DNA of 64,000 nucleotides from NCBI GenBank assembly GCA_965223905.1, contig CBDCXV010000001.1, positions 128,001 to 192,000 of the forward strand, in the 5' to 3' direction. The notes under the pieces were generated by a model, which was given only the letters and a program-made list of their open reading frames with translations, was not told the DNA's origin and made no database searches. Each line of letters opens with the position of its first letter. Position 1 is the first letter of the stretch. Below, in pieces: positions 37,261-46,598 of the stretch. Source of the DNA: Candidatus Latescibacterota bacterium. Its GTDB lineage: Bacteria; Latescibacterota; UBA2968; UBA8231. The position numbers were made by a program, and so were the translations under genes.

Positions 37261-39687
37261 ATGTCCTACCAGAGGTTCATGTGGGGCTGCAGAGTTCTCT
37301 GCACACTGACTTGCCTGAGCACTGCGTGCACCGAACCGCCTGCACAACATGAGGGAACGGTAGCCCTGGTCGCTCAGGAGGCCATCAGCGGTGCTGAACT
37401 GGAGGAGTTTGCCGCGGGATTGCTGCCCGGGTTGCGCTCAAAAAAGAGCGGACAGGAAGCCCGGGTCGATTATGTGCGCACCCTGATCGACGAGAAGCTG
37501 CTCGTCCTCGAAGCTCGCTCACGGGGACTCGATACCACCCGGACCTTCAGGACGAATCTCGAACAGGCGTTCCGTGCCCACGTCGTCGAGTATTACCGAG
37601 CACGCCACCTGTATCCACAGATAGAGATTTCAGAAAAGGAGATTCGCGATCGGTTCGTACAAGACAGCTTCAGCCGCGAAAGGGAGATGCGGCTGCTGGT
37701 GGTCTCGACGGCGGCGGCGGCGACTCGACTCCGTGAGCAGATCGAGAAGCGAGGAGCCGACTTCTCCGAGCTTGCCCGGTCTCACAGCATCGACAAGCGC
37801 AGGGCTCCCGAGGGAGGGTACGTCGGATTCGTCAACACGCACCGGGCTGAGAGATTCTTCGTTCCGCGCCAGGTCTTCGACACCCTTCCCACCGGGGAGG
37901 TATCTCGACCCCTGCCCGTGCGGGACCTCTTTCAGCTCGCCCTGTTCACGCAGGAACGGGCAGGGGACTTCACCCGCGGTAGAGGGAGAATCAGAGGCCG
38001 CCTTTGGAAAGAGAGACTTGCCATTCACAGCCAAGCCCTGGCCGAGGAGCTGGCCCTCAGGTTCGGCCTCGGAATGGACGGCGAGGGACTGAAGGTTCTG
38101 CGGCAGGGGAAGGGGCAAGCGGCATCGCCAGGGCCGAAGCTGACGTCCTCGGAAGCAGGGACAGTGCTCTACGGCTACGATCGCGGACGGATAACGGTCG
38201 CCGAGTACCTCGATGCATTCCGCGGCACCGGCGCCCGCCCGGGCATAGGAGACAGTCTCGAGGTGGCCGGAGCCGCCTGGAAGCACGTGATACCCAGGGT
38301 GTTGTTCTGGGAAGCCGCACGCCAGGAGGGCTATCACGAGCTGCCGTCCATGCTCGAGTGGAGGGACCGGGAAGAGACCGACCAGCTGCTCAAGGCCTTG
38401 CGCCAAAAAGAGGTCGCCGAACAGATAGTCATCGATGAGGAAGAGGTGGAGCAGTTCTACCGCGACACCCCGGCATTGTTCGCGGAGGCGGAGGCGGTCT
38501 GGATCCGGGAGGTGCTGGTCGAGGATGCAGACCAGGCCACCCAGCTGCGGCGACGTCTGGATTCAGGGGAGGAGATGGATTCCCTCGTCCATCTGAGCCG
38601 CCGTCCCGGAGCCGATGAGAACGAGGGGAAGTTGCACATCCACCCCGACCAGAGGCCGACTTTCGGGAACCTCGTGGACCGGGCCCTTGCCGCCGAGGTG
38701 GGCCAGGTGGTCGGCCCGGTGGAGACGAAGGACGGTTACTCCCTCTTCCGTGTGCTGGAAAAAAGCGGGGGTCAGTTGCCGTTTACCGAAGTCGCGAAAC
38801 GGGCGAGGGCCACCCTCCGGCTTCGCGAGGAGAACCGGCTCTTCAACGTCATGGTCGGCGCGATCCGAGAGAAATACGCCGATCAGGTGCAGATTTTCGA
38901 GGAAGAGCTCAGTGCCGTGCAGATTCCGGGAAAGGATACGCCACCCCCCCATGTGCAGCAGCGACGCCGCAACAAGCTAAACAAGCTCGCTGCGGAGCAC
39001 TTCAATGGAGGCAGGTACGACAAGGCTGCGGAAACCTACCAGAAGGTTCTGGAAATGGATTCTTCCCTCGTGGACGCGCACTACAATCTCGGCGCGGCCT
39101 ACCAGAAAATGGGTCGTGTCGACGAGGCGATCTCGGCCTACGAGACCGCCATCCGCGTGGATTCGACCTTCATTCCCACATATCACGATCTCGCCCTCGC
39201 CCTCGTGCACGGGAGAGATTTCGGGGCGGCATACAGACAGTTGGAAAGGGCTCTTCGGATCGAGCCTGGGTCAGCGGATACCTACCGCACCCTGGCCTTT
39301 TTCTATTCTGCCCAGGAGCAGTTCGACCGCGCAGAGGAAGCCCTGTCGAAGGCAGTAGAGGCCGACTCCAGCAGTGCGGGAGCGTGGCGTGAACTCGGCA
39401 TCCTGTACAGACAACTGGGACGGTCCGAGGATGCGGAGGCCCCGCTGTTGCGGGCGGTCGAGCTCGATCCGGCCGACAAGGAGGCCTTGAATGAGCTAGG
39501 TGGACTGTATGCGGAGGAAGGGCGCTACGACGAGGCGGAGAGGAGTCTGCAGCAGGCCCTGGAGATCGATCCGGATTACGCCGAAGCCTACTACAACCTG
39601 TCGCAGCTGCGCTCAGCGCAGGGAATGGTGGAAGAAGCGCAAAGGATGCTCGAGCGCTTCGACAGCCTTTCTACACAAGCGAGATGA
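37261..39687 (+). CDS. Lipoprotein with SurA-like and two parvulin (PpiC) domains fused to a C-terminal TPR array
   Basis: LSTA-C lipobox; LIDEKLLVLEARSRGLD; DFSELARSHSID...GGYVGF; GQVVGPVETKDGYSLFRV; multiple TPRs (AHYNLGAAY, AYYNLSQL). Exact start uncertain (37243/37261/37279). Confidence 0.8.
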   Translation: MSYQRFMWGCRVLCTLTCLSTACTEPPAQHEGTVALVAQEAISGAELEEFAAGLLPGLRSKKSGQEARVDYVRTLIDEKLLVLEARSRGLDTTRTFRTNLEQAFRAHVVEYYRARHLYPQIEISEKEIRDRFVQDSFSREREMRLLVVSTAAAATRLREQIEKRGADFSELARSHSIDKRRAPEGGYVGFVNTHRAERFFVPRQVFDTLPTGEVSRPLPVRDLFQLALFTQERAGDFTRGRGRIRGRLWKERLAIHSQALAEELALRFGLGMDGEGLKVLRQGKGQAASPGPKLTSSEAGTVLYGYDRGRITVAEYLDAFRGTGARPGIGDSLEVAGAAWKHVIPRVLFWEAARQEGYHELPSMLEWRDREETDQLLKALRQKEVAEQIVIDEEEVEQFYRDTPALFAEAEAVWIREVLVEDADQATQLRRRLDSGEEMDSLVHLSRRPGADENEGKLHIHPDQRPTFGNLVDRALAAEVGQVVGPVETKDGYSLFRVLEKSGGQLPFTEVAKRARATLRLREENRLFNVMVGAIREKYADQVQIFEEELSAVQIPGKDTPPPHVQQRRRNKLNKLAAEHFNGGRYDKAAETYQKVLEMDSSLVDAHYNLGAAYQKMGRVDEAISAYETAIRVDSTFIPTYHDLALALVHGRDFGAAYRQLERALRIEPGSADTYRTLAFFYSAQEQFDRAEEALSKAVEADSSSAGAWRELGILYRQLGRSEDAEAPLLRAVELDPADKEALNELGGLYAEEGRYDEAERSLQQALEIDPDYAEAYYNLSQLRSAQGMVEEAQRMLERFDSLSTQAR

Positions 39688-39696
39688 AGTGACCGA

Positions 39697-40467
39697 TCAT
39701 CGGTACTGATCCAGGTCGCCCCGGTACTGGAGTCCGAGTACTTCTCGAGAGCGCGCCACGTTGCAGTGCGCATCGGCCTCGGGTGTGCCCACGATGTGGA
39801 AGATGTCGAAATCGATGGAATCCGATTCAATCGCCAGTCTGCAGGCCTCGGCCAAATCGTGCCGGCAGACCCAGCCATTCGCCCGGGGTGACCCTCCCGG
39901 CCCCAATTTTTCTCGCGCGCGGCCCAGGCCCAGCCTGCTGTCGACGATGTAGTCGGGCCGCAACACGATGATCCTGAGCCCGTAGGCCTCGTGGTGCTGC
40001 CGGCACATCTCCTCCTGCAGCCGCTTTGAGATGGCGTACGGACTGCCGTCCGGTCTCCTCACCTCGGAGGTGAAGAACACGCCCCAGGGGTGCACGGTAG
40101 GACACGAGCCCAGGTGCACGACGCGCCTGACACCGTGCTGGCGGGCCGATTCGAGGACATTCCAGAGCCCCTTCAGGTTGAAGAGGTAGGGCCGCTCGTC
40201 GTCCACGGTGTAGGCGTTCGGGGCAGCGGCGTAGAGGACGGCGGCGTGAATGACGGCATCCGAGCCGGCGACCGCCCGGTCCACCATTGAGTAATCCGCG
40301 ATGTCGCCATGGACGATCTCGCCGTCGTCCCAGGTTCCGTCCACATCCTTCCACGCGTCCCAGGCCTCGGGGGAGTAGTCGGCGGCGCGAACTTCGTGCC
40401 GGCCGGACAGATTCTGCAGTATGGCTCGTCCCAGCCAGCCGGCAGCGCCAAACACTACCACCTTCAC
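39697..40467 (-). CDS. NAD-dependent epimerase/dehydratase (extended SDR)
   Basis: GAAGWLG, YAISK, GGAGG RBS with GTG start. Confidence 0.88.
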   Translation of the reverse strand: MKVVVFGAAGWLGRAILQNLSGRHEVRAADYSPEAWDAWKDVDGTWDDGEIVHGDIADYSMVDRAVAGSDAVIHAAVLYAAAPNAYTVDDERPYLFNLKGLWNVLESARQHGVRRVVHLGSCPTVHPWGVFFTSEVRRPDGSPYAISKRLQEEMCRQHHEAYGLRIIVLRPDYIVDSRLGLGRAREKLGPGGSPRANGWVCRHDLAEACRLAIESDSIDFDIFHIVGTPEADAHCNVARSREVLGLQYRGDLDQYR

Positions 40468-40572
40468 GTCTCTACCTCCTGCAAGTGGGGGTTGAAGTTG
40501 AGAACTCCTCGCCGGGCTGGTCCTCCGTATATCAGGTCCACGATCGTCATTCTGCCTCCCAACTGAGTCGCT

Positions 40573-42948
40573 TCAGGGCGTCGCCTTCGGCTTGCGCAGT
40601 TTGACGAGGGCGAGAATTTGCGCATGCGAAAGTTCCCGATCGCTGGCGATCAGCTGGACCGGCTTCCACACCCCTCCCATGCCATCCGTGTTCTTGACTC
40701 GCACAGCCAGCGCGTCACCTCCGCGAAGTTGCCCGGTCAGCGGCACGGTGAAGGGGACCCTCCAGATCTCCCACGAGATCAGGCCGGTCGTCTCCAGGCT
40801 GTGGTCGAAGATCAACCGCCCGTTCAGGTACACCCAGCAGTCCTCGTCCACCCCGCCGAAGAACAGGTACCGGTGCTTCTTCGCCAGATCCTCGACCGCC
40901 AGGGGCAGCGCGGTGCGGTACCAGCCGTATCCGGCGTTGTCCCTGGTGCCGTATCGCGCTGAATCCCACCCCTTGTCCACGTCGGTGCGGATCTCCTCCC
41001 ACTCGCTGATGTCGACGCTCTCTCCAAACCATCGCCCCTCGATACCCTCGTCGTCCTGGTCGGGCTTGAACCTCCAAGGCTCGGGGATGGTCGTGAGTCG
41101 CAGCTGGTCGAGGTCGATGTCGGCGAACATCTCCTCCGGCGACAACCTGCGATAACCCAGGCCTTGAAGGGCGATGATGCGCCGGGCCATCTCGCTACGG
41201 ATGGCGTCGAGGTCGCCCTCGGCGGCGTCGACCTGCCGGAGCCAGTTCCAGGTATCCTCCACGAGCGGCTCGTCAGGGAACCGTCCGGCAGACTCTCCGA
41301 GTCGGGCCAAAAGGGTCGTTAGGTAGCGCACGTCGTAGACACCTTCGCGAAAGCCCTCCCAGGTCAGCCCGTCGAGCACTCCATCTTCGGTGCGGTAGAC
41401 CATGCCGTAGATCATGGGCTGGTCGGCTCTGTCTTTTGACTCGATGTGTGCGTAGGCCCAGTTCATGGCGCCGTCGAAGCCGACGCGCCACATGCCGAGA
41501 CCGTTGTTGCGGCGGTGCAGACCGGGAACGGGAAAGCCGGCCTGCGGATTCATGTAGGTGAAAATCTTGCGGCCCTGGCGGTGCATCCCGTCGATCGCCT
41601 CGCGGTACCTGGGATCGTTCGCCTGTCGCGTGAAGGTGCCGGCCTCGCCGAGCTCGTGCATCTTTCGCAGGCCCTCCTGCGCCGACCATGCCTTGCGCTG
41701 ATGATCGAGGTGATACAGGACGCTGGACAGGAGCACGGGGCGCGTCAGCACATCGCCGACGCGTTCGAAAAACGTCGTGAACATCACGGCGACGAAGGTG
41801 GAGCCGCCCGCCTCTTCGATGGCGATCATGCTGTCGCGCTCGAGCGAGAGGTGGTCGCCCCACGACTCGTCCGGCATCGCCATGAACACGTCGTCATATC
41901 CTCGGCCCCGGGCCCAGGCATTGATGGCGGCTACACGGGTTTTCACCTGGCGATGTTCCTCCTCGGTCAGGGGGCGCAACGGCCTGGGCACGTGAGGGCT
42001 GATCATGTAGAGCACCCGCGGCCTCAGCCCGGCCTGCTCGCGCAGGTCGAGGATGCGATCGAGCTTTTTGAACTCGAAGCCGCCATCCGGCATGATCTCG
42101 GGACCGTCGTAGATGTTCGGGTTCGTCAGGCCGTGGTCGCGCATGTTGCGAAACTCGGCGAGCATCTGCTCGGCGCTCAGATCGCCGAACTTGTACCTGC
42201 TGGTATCGGGTGTTCCGGCTTCGAGGTAAGCCGGGTAGTAGATCGAATACTCGATCATCGGCGGCAGCAGATCGAAGGGATGGATTTCGATGGCGACGTC
42301 GAACTCCGTCGTTTCGCTGTTGCCCGGTGCGATATGAACTGTGGTCTGGTAGGTGCCCGCCCTGGCTTTCTCCGGAATCTGGATCGTCACCCAGAATTGT
42401 CTGCGCATGGCGATATCGACCGGCTGCAGCGAATCGGCATCCCGCAGCGGGCCTCTGGCGACGTTCGCCAGGCGATCGGGACGGCGCTCCGTAGGAGCCG
42501 GCTCGATCGCCAGGAAGCTGTCGTCGTGGACGAGGAGCGAAGGCATCACCGCCCAGCGGCTGGCCACCGTGTTGCGGTAGTAATCCTTGACGACGCGCAC
42601 GTCGACCGCAGTGGCCGGCCAGGTGCGTCCCTCACCGCGGACCGGGTCGACCTCGACGCCGACCTTCTCGAGCGGCTTCGAGGCACTGACAACGAAGGCG
42701 AGCGGCAGAAACTGACCGCGGCAACCGTGCAGCTCAATGTCCTCTACGGGCCGGCACACCGGCGGCAGCGGGCCGTCGGGAAGGATGGCGTGGTCGGTGA
42801 TGGGCGGGTCGACCAGGTGGACCTGGTAATCCGCGGCGACTGCGGGCAGCGCAATCAGGGTGAAAAGCAGTTGAGGTATCCCATACTTGGGTCGCCTGAA
42901 CCGAATTCTCCCCGCAGCGAGGGTCCTGAAGATGTTTCCACGTTCCAT
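40573..42948 (-). CDS. Secreted putative glycoside hydrolase (GH123-like architecture?) with C-terminal GH2-N-like jelly-roll
   Basis: Signal-like LLFTLIALPAVAA; QFWVTIQIP, MPDE, WEGFREGVYDVRYL; C-terminal GYGWYRT...FGGVDEDCWVYLNG...GGVWKPV. Confidence 0.6.
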   Translation of the reverse strand: MERGNIFRTLAAGRIRFRRPKYGIPQLLFTLIALPAVAADYQVHLVDPPITDHAILPDGPLPPVCRPVEDIELHGCRGQFLPLAFVVSASKPLEKVGVEVDPVRGEGRTWPATAVDVRVVKDYYRNTVASRWAVMPSLLVHDDSFLAIEPAPTERRPDRLANVARGPLRDADSLQPVDIAMRRQFWVTIQIPEKARAGTYQTTVHIAPGNSETTEFDVAIEIHPFDLLPPMIEYSIYYPAYLEAGTPDTSRYKFGDLSAEQMLAEFRNMRDHGLTNPNIYDGPEIMPDGGFEFKKLDRILDLREQAGLRPRVLYMISPHVPRPLRPLTEEEHRQVKTRVAAINAWARGRGYDDVFMAMPDESWGDHLSLERDSMIAIEEAGGSTFVAVMFTTFFERVGDVLTRPVLLSSVLYHLDHQRKAWSAQEGLRKMHELGEAGTFTRQANDPRYREAIDGMHRQGRKIFTYMNPQAGFPVPGLHRRNNGLGMWRVGFDGAMNWAYAHIESKDRADQPMIYGMVYRTEDGVLDGLTWEGFREGVYDVRYLTTLLARLGESAGRFPDEPLVEDTWNWLRQVDAAEGDLDAIRSEMARRIIALQGLGYRRLSPEEMFADIDLDQLRLTTIPEPWRFKPDQDDEGIEGRWFGESVDISEWEEIRTDVDKGWDSARYGTRDNAGYGWYRTALPLAVEDLAKKHRYLFFGGVDEDCWVYLNGRLIFDHSLETTGLISWEIWRVPFTVPLTGQLRGGDALAVRVKNTDGMGGVWKPVQLIASDRELSHAQILALVKLRKPKATP

Positions 42949-43126
42949 CGTCCTGCTCCGAATCTCGAACGGATCAGGATTCAGCAAAGGTGCTCTCGGG
43001 ATGATACAACGCCGTCCACGTTGCCACCTGTATCCGCGTAGTGATCGACGACCTCGACCGGGGATCGCCCCTTGATAATGCGGTGTTTTCGGTGCAATGT
43101 AGTCAATAGACCTGCGGACGAAAGCG

Positions 43127-43588
43127 ATGGTATCCTACCTGAAGCACCCGATGGTGCTGGCGTTAACCGGGCTCATAGCCGTGCTGGTACCCGGGCTGGC
43201 TCTGCTCACCCAGGCTTACGACGAGGCGCGCGATCGGTATTTCGACAGTTCCCTGCCGGCAGTACCCACAGATACAGAGATAGCGGCTATAGCTCGGCGA
43301 TTGTCTCCTGAGGAGACGGTGCTGCGCCTTACTGGCAACGTGCATGCTCCGGATTCCCCGCTTCGGTCAGGACTCGTTCGGGTCGATGCGGCCACGGATG
43401 ACAGGGGCGGGGAGTACTACGTCGCCCCTCGACCCTTGGGCTACAAAGTCCTCGAAGGTGCGTCCGCAGATGAGCCCGACGCACTTGATTGGGCCGCGCT
43501 TTCTCACGGCCTTCGGTTGACCCAGGAGGAATCGGTCTGCCACACCCCGGTCCTCCTCAGTGAAGTGATTACCGAACCAAAGATATAA
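43127..43588 (+). CDS. Hypothetical protein with N-terminal TM/signal helix, immediately upstream of the paralog array
   Basis: 153-aa ORF whose stop is adjacent to the RBS of the first array gene. Confidence 0.5.
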   Translation: MVSYLKHPMVLALTGLIAVLVPGLALLTQAYDEARDRYFDSSLPAVPTDTEIAAIARRLSPEETVLRLTGNVHAPDSPLRSGLVRVDAATDDRGGEYYVAPRPLGYKVLEGASADEPDALDWAALSHGLRLTQEESVCHTPVLLSEVITEPKI

Positions 43589-43600
43589 GGAGGGGGTGAC

Positions 43601-44521
43601 ATGGGAGTACACGGGTTGCTCACAGCAACAGCAGGGTTTTTTCTGGTTGGTGTCAGCGTGACGCTGGGACACATTGGCGACCGGGTGGTTCCGTTTTACG
43701 AAATCACCGAGGAGCTGCGGGAGACGATCGATCTGAATGACGGCTCAGTCGAGGATTGGATAGAGGTGGGGCCGCCCACTTTGACGCTGCTGGACTTCTT
43801 TGTTAGGAGTTCTATGCCCCCCAACACACAGCGCGATCCCGGCGATCTGGATATCCAGATCTGGCTGGGCTGGATGAAGTCTCCCCCCCGGATCTACGTG
43901 GCCGCTGTCCGAGCCGACAACGACTACGTGAACGAGTATCCGGATATTGAGGGGGATATGCTGATCTACGACTCGATCTCCCTGGGAGTCGACGGCGATC
44001 ACAGCGGAGGACAGCTGTTCGGCGAAGGTGGTAGCGAGACAGAGGAAGCTCGATTGATGCTCAACAAGCAAGTGCAACTTTACTCCGCCCTGCCCGAGGT
44101 GCCGGAGGGAAGCAATGTACAGTTGATTTTATCGTCGATGTGGAAGTGGCTCGTATGGCCGAATGAGCCGCCGTTCAGTCTTGGCGGCGGGGCGGTCGCA
44201 GGAGAGAATCCGTTCGTGTCGATTACCGAATTCTACGTGACGCCGTTCGATCTCTTCGTGTATAACAGCCCGGAGGAGAGCGTGGAATCGGAGTTGTACG
44301 CGGGCAAGACGATCGGCTTCAGACTCTTTGTGTTTGATAGGGCACCCGGCGTTTACTGGGTGATATATGAGCTGCAATCCGATTCTCCTTGGGAGCTTGA
44401 TGGGGAGTTCAACGACGGCATATTGCTTGGGGCGGACGATCTGAGCGGGCAAGACGCCGGTGACGGGTCTGTGGTGAAGCCCGACTCATGGGCCCGAATC
44501 AAGGCGTCGTTCGCGGAGTGA
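43601..44521 (+). CDS. Secreted CBM9/DOMON-like protein, array copy 1 (type I), C-terminal VKPDSWARIK tag
   Basis: Signal peptide ending LG-H; DLNDGSVEDW, DGDHSGG, EFYVTPFD; strong RBS. Confidence 0.8.
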   Translation: MGVHGLLTATAGFFLVGVSVTLGHIGDRVVPFYEITEELRETIDLNDGSVEDWIEVGPPTLTLLDFFVRSSMPPNTQRDPGDLDIQIWLGWMKSPPRIYVAAVRADNDYVNEYPDIEGDMLIYDSISLGVDGDHSGGQLFGEGGSETEEARLMLNKQVQLYSALPEVPEGSNVQLILSSMWKWLVWPNEPPFSLGGGAVAGENPFVSITEFYVTPFDLFVYNSPEESVESELYAGKTIGFRLFVFDRAPGVYWVIYELQSDSPWELDGEFNDGILLGADDLSGQDAGDGSVVKPDSWARIKASFAE

Positions 44522-44774
44522 AGCCGGACGGGCGGCACATCTGCTTCCACGGCAACTCCTCTCCGTAATACAGCAAGACCTTCGCATCACTCACCCTTAT
44601 TTTTCCACTCGCACTCATCGAGAAACTCGCCACTCGTCAATGACGAGCCCTTCCCGCCCGCGCAGCATTCGCTCGGGAGTCCGGGGAAGCGCCTCGCGGA
44701 TTTCAGACCCTTAACGCGATGGATGAAGCGCACATGGGGCGACTGAGCCTGAGATAAAGGGAGGAGGCGATGAC

Positions 44775-45680
44775 ATGGGAACACACGGACTGCTAGCGGC
44801 AACAGCAGGGTTTTATCTGTTCGGTGTCAGCGTGACGCTGGGACACACAGGCGACCGGGTGTATCCGTTTTACGAAATCACCGAGGAGCTGCGGGAGACG
44901 ATCGATCTGAATGACGGCTCAATCGAGGATTGGATAGAGGTGGGGCCGCCCAGTTTGACGCTGCTGGATTTCTTTGTTACGGGGCCCAGTTCCACCAACA
45001 TACAGCGCGATCCCGGCGATCTGGATATCCAGATCTGGCTGGGCTGGATGAAGTCTCCCCCCCGGATCTACGTGGCCGCTGTCCGAGCCGACAACGACTA
45101 TGTGAACGAGTATCCGGATATTGATGGGGATATGATGATCCACGACTCGATCTCTCTGGGAGTCGACGGCGATCACAGCGGAGGATCGCTGTTCGACTTC
45201 GACGAATTGATGCACAGCAAGCAAGCGCAACTTTACTCCGCCCTACCCGAGGTGCCGGAGGGAAGCAATGTCCAGTTGGGTTTATCGGCGAGTTGGAAGT
45301 GGCTCGTATGGCCGTCAGAGCCGCCGTTCAGTCTTGGCGGCGGGGCGGTCGCAGGAGAGAATCCGTTCGTGTCGATAACCGAATTCTACGTGACGCCGTT
45401 CGATCTTTTCGTGTCTACGAGCCCGGAGGAGAGCGTGGAATCGGAGTTGTACGCGGGCAAGACGATCGGCTTCAGACTCTTTGTGTTTGATAGGGATTCG
45501 GCACCCGGCTTGTACTGGGCGATGTATGATCTGCAATCCGATCCTCTCTGGGAGCTTGATCGGGAGTTCAACGACGGCATATTGCTTGGGGCGGACGATC
45601 TGAGCGGTCAAGACGCCGGTGACGGCTCGGTGGTGGAGGCCGATTCGTGGGCGCGGATCAAAGCGTCGTTGGCGGAGTGA
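44775..45680 (+). CDS. Secreted CBM9/DOMON-like protein, array copy 2 (type I)
   Basis: Near-identical framework to copy 1; tag VEADSWARIK. Confidence 0.8.
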   Translation: MGTHGLLAATAGFYLFGVSVTLGHTGDRVYPFYEITEELRETIDLNDGSIEDWIEVGPPSLTLLDFFVTGPSSTNIQRDPGDLDIQIWLGWMKSPPRIYVAAVRADNDYVNEYPDIDGDMMIHDSISLGVDGDHSGGSLFDFDELMHSKQAQLYSALPEVPEGSNVQLGLSASWKWLVWPSEPPFSLGGGAVAGENPFVSITEFYVTPFDLFVSTSPEESVESELYAGKTIGFRLFVFDRDSAPGLYWAMYDLQSDPLWELDREFNDGILLGADDLSGQDAGDGSVVEADSWARIKASLAE

Positions 45681-45709
45681 AACCGAACAAGCTCGGAAGG
45701 GGGAAGGTG

Positions 45710-46570
45710 ATGTCCGTGCTGATGAGATATGTAGGGTTGATGGCCCTCGTGAATCTCGGCGTCCCGCTCGCCGCAGATGCCCATACCGGGGATCGCGTCT
45801 ATCCCATTGTCGAGTTGACGGACGAAATGCTCGCGCAGATCGATCTCAAGGACGTATCGGTGCAGGACTGGATAGACCTCCTGGGTGAGCCGGTGTTGAC
45901 GGCCCTCGATTTTGAAACGCGCGATGGAGACAGCTACAATCCCGGCGACATGGACTTTCGGATATGGTTGGCATGGCATGACGAGTCCGACAAGCTGTTT
46001 GTTGCCGGTCAATTTGCCGACGACGCTACCCAGGTAAAGAACAGCATCTATGATAATGTTCTCCGGGTAGACACTGTTTTGCTGTTTGTTGACGGCGATC
46101 ACAGCGGACCGCCGTATACTGGACCAGAAGGTATCACTCAAGGCTCGAGTTACATAGCGACACCATTCGTAGCGGAGGGGCCGGTTGTTGGCTGGCTTGG
46201 TCCACCCCATTGGGTGTCGAGCCCACCCTACAGTGATGGAGGGGGAGGAGTGTTCAATGAGAGTCCGATCCTCTGGGTCATCGAATTTCTGGTCACCCCG
46301 TTCGATGTTTTTGGCTGGGATGATGATTCTCCGGACGGGAGCATAGCCTCCACCCTGGAGGCCGGCGAAGTGATCGGATTAGGCATCGAAGTCTTGGATT
46401 TGGACGCTTTAGGGGTGAAGGAAGGCACGCGCTTCGCCCTGTCCGGTGTCCATTGGTGGCAGGACGATTTGCTTGACGGTCTCCTGCTTGGGGCGGGTGA
46501 AATCCTCGACGACGGCTCGGTGGTAGAGGCCGATTCGTGGGCGCGGATCAAGGCGACGTTCGAGGAGTGA
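45710..46570 (+). CDS. Secreted CBM9/DOMON-like protein, array copy 3 (type II)
   Basis: Signal peptide ending ADA-H; DGDHSG, EFLVTPFD; tag VEADSWARIK; start inferred from alignment with copy 4. Confidence 0.8.
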   Translation: MSVLMRYVGLMALVNLGVPLAADAHTGDRVYPIVELTDEMLAQIDLKDVSVQDWIDLLGEPVLTALDFETRDGDSYNPGDMDFRIWLAWHDESDKLFVAGQFADDATQVKNSIYDNVLRVDTVLLFVDGDHSGPPYTGPEGITQGSSYIATPFVAEGPVVGWLGPPHWVSSPPYSDGGGGVFNESPILWVIEFLVTPFDVFGWDDDSPDGSIASTLEAGEVIGLGIEVLDLDALGVKEGTRFALSGVHWWQDDLLDGLLLGAGEILDDGSVVEADSWARIKATFEE

Positions 46571-46598
46571 GACTAACAGACCCGCAAGGAGGTAGGTG

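Noticed and set aside
44522-44774. Spacer between copies 1 and 2 as a decayed copy of the 43127-43588 ORF
   Set aside because: Similarity is limited to the RBS region and a few short words.
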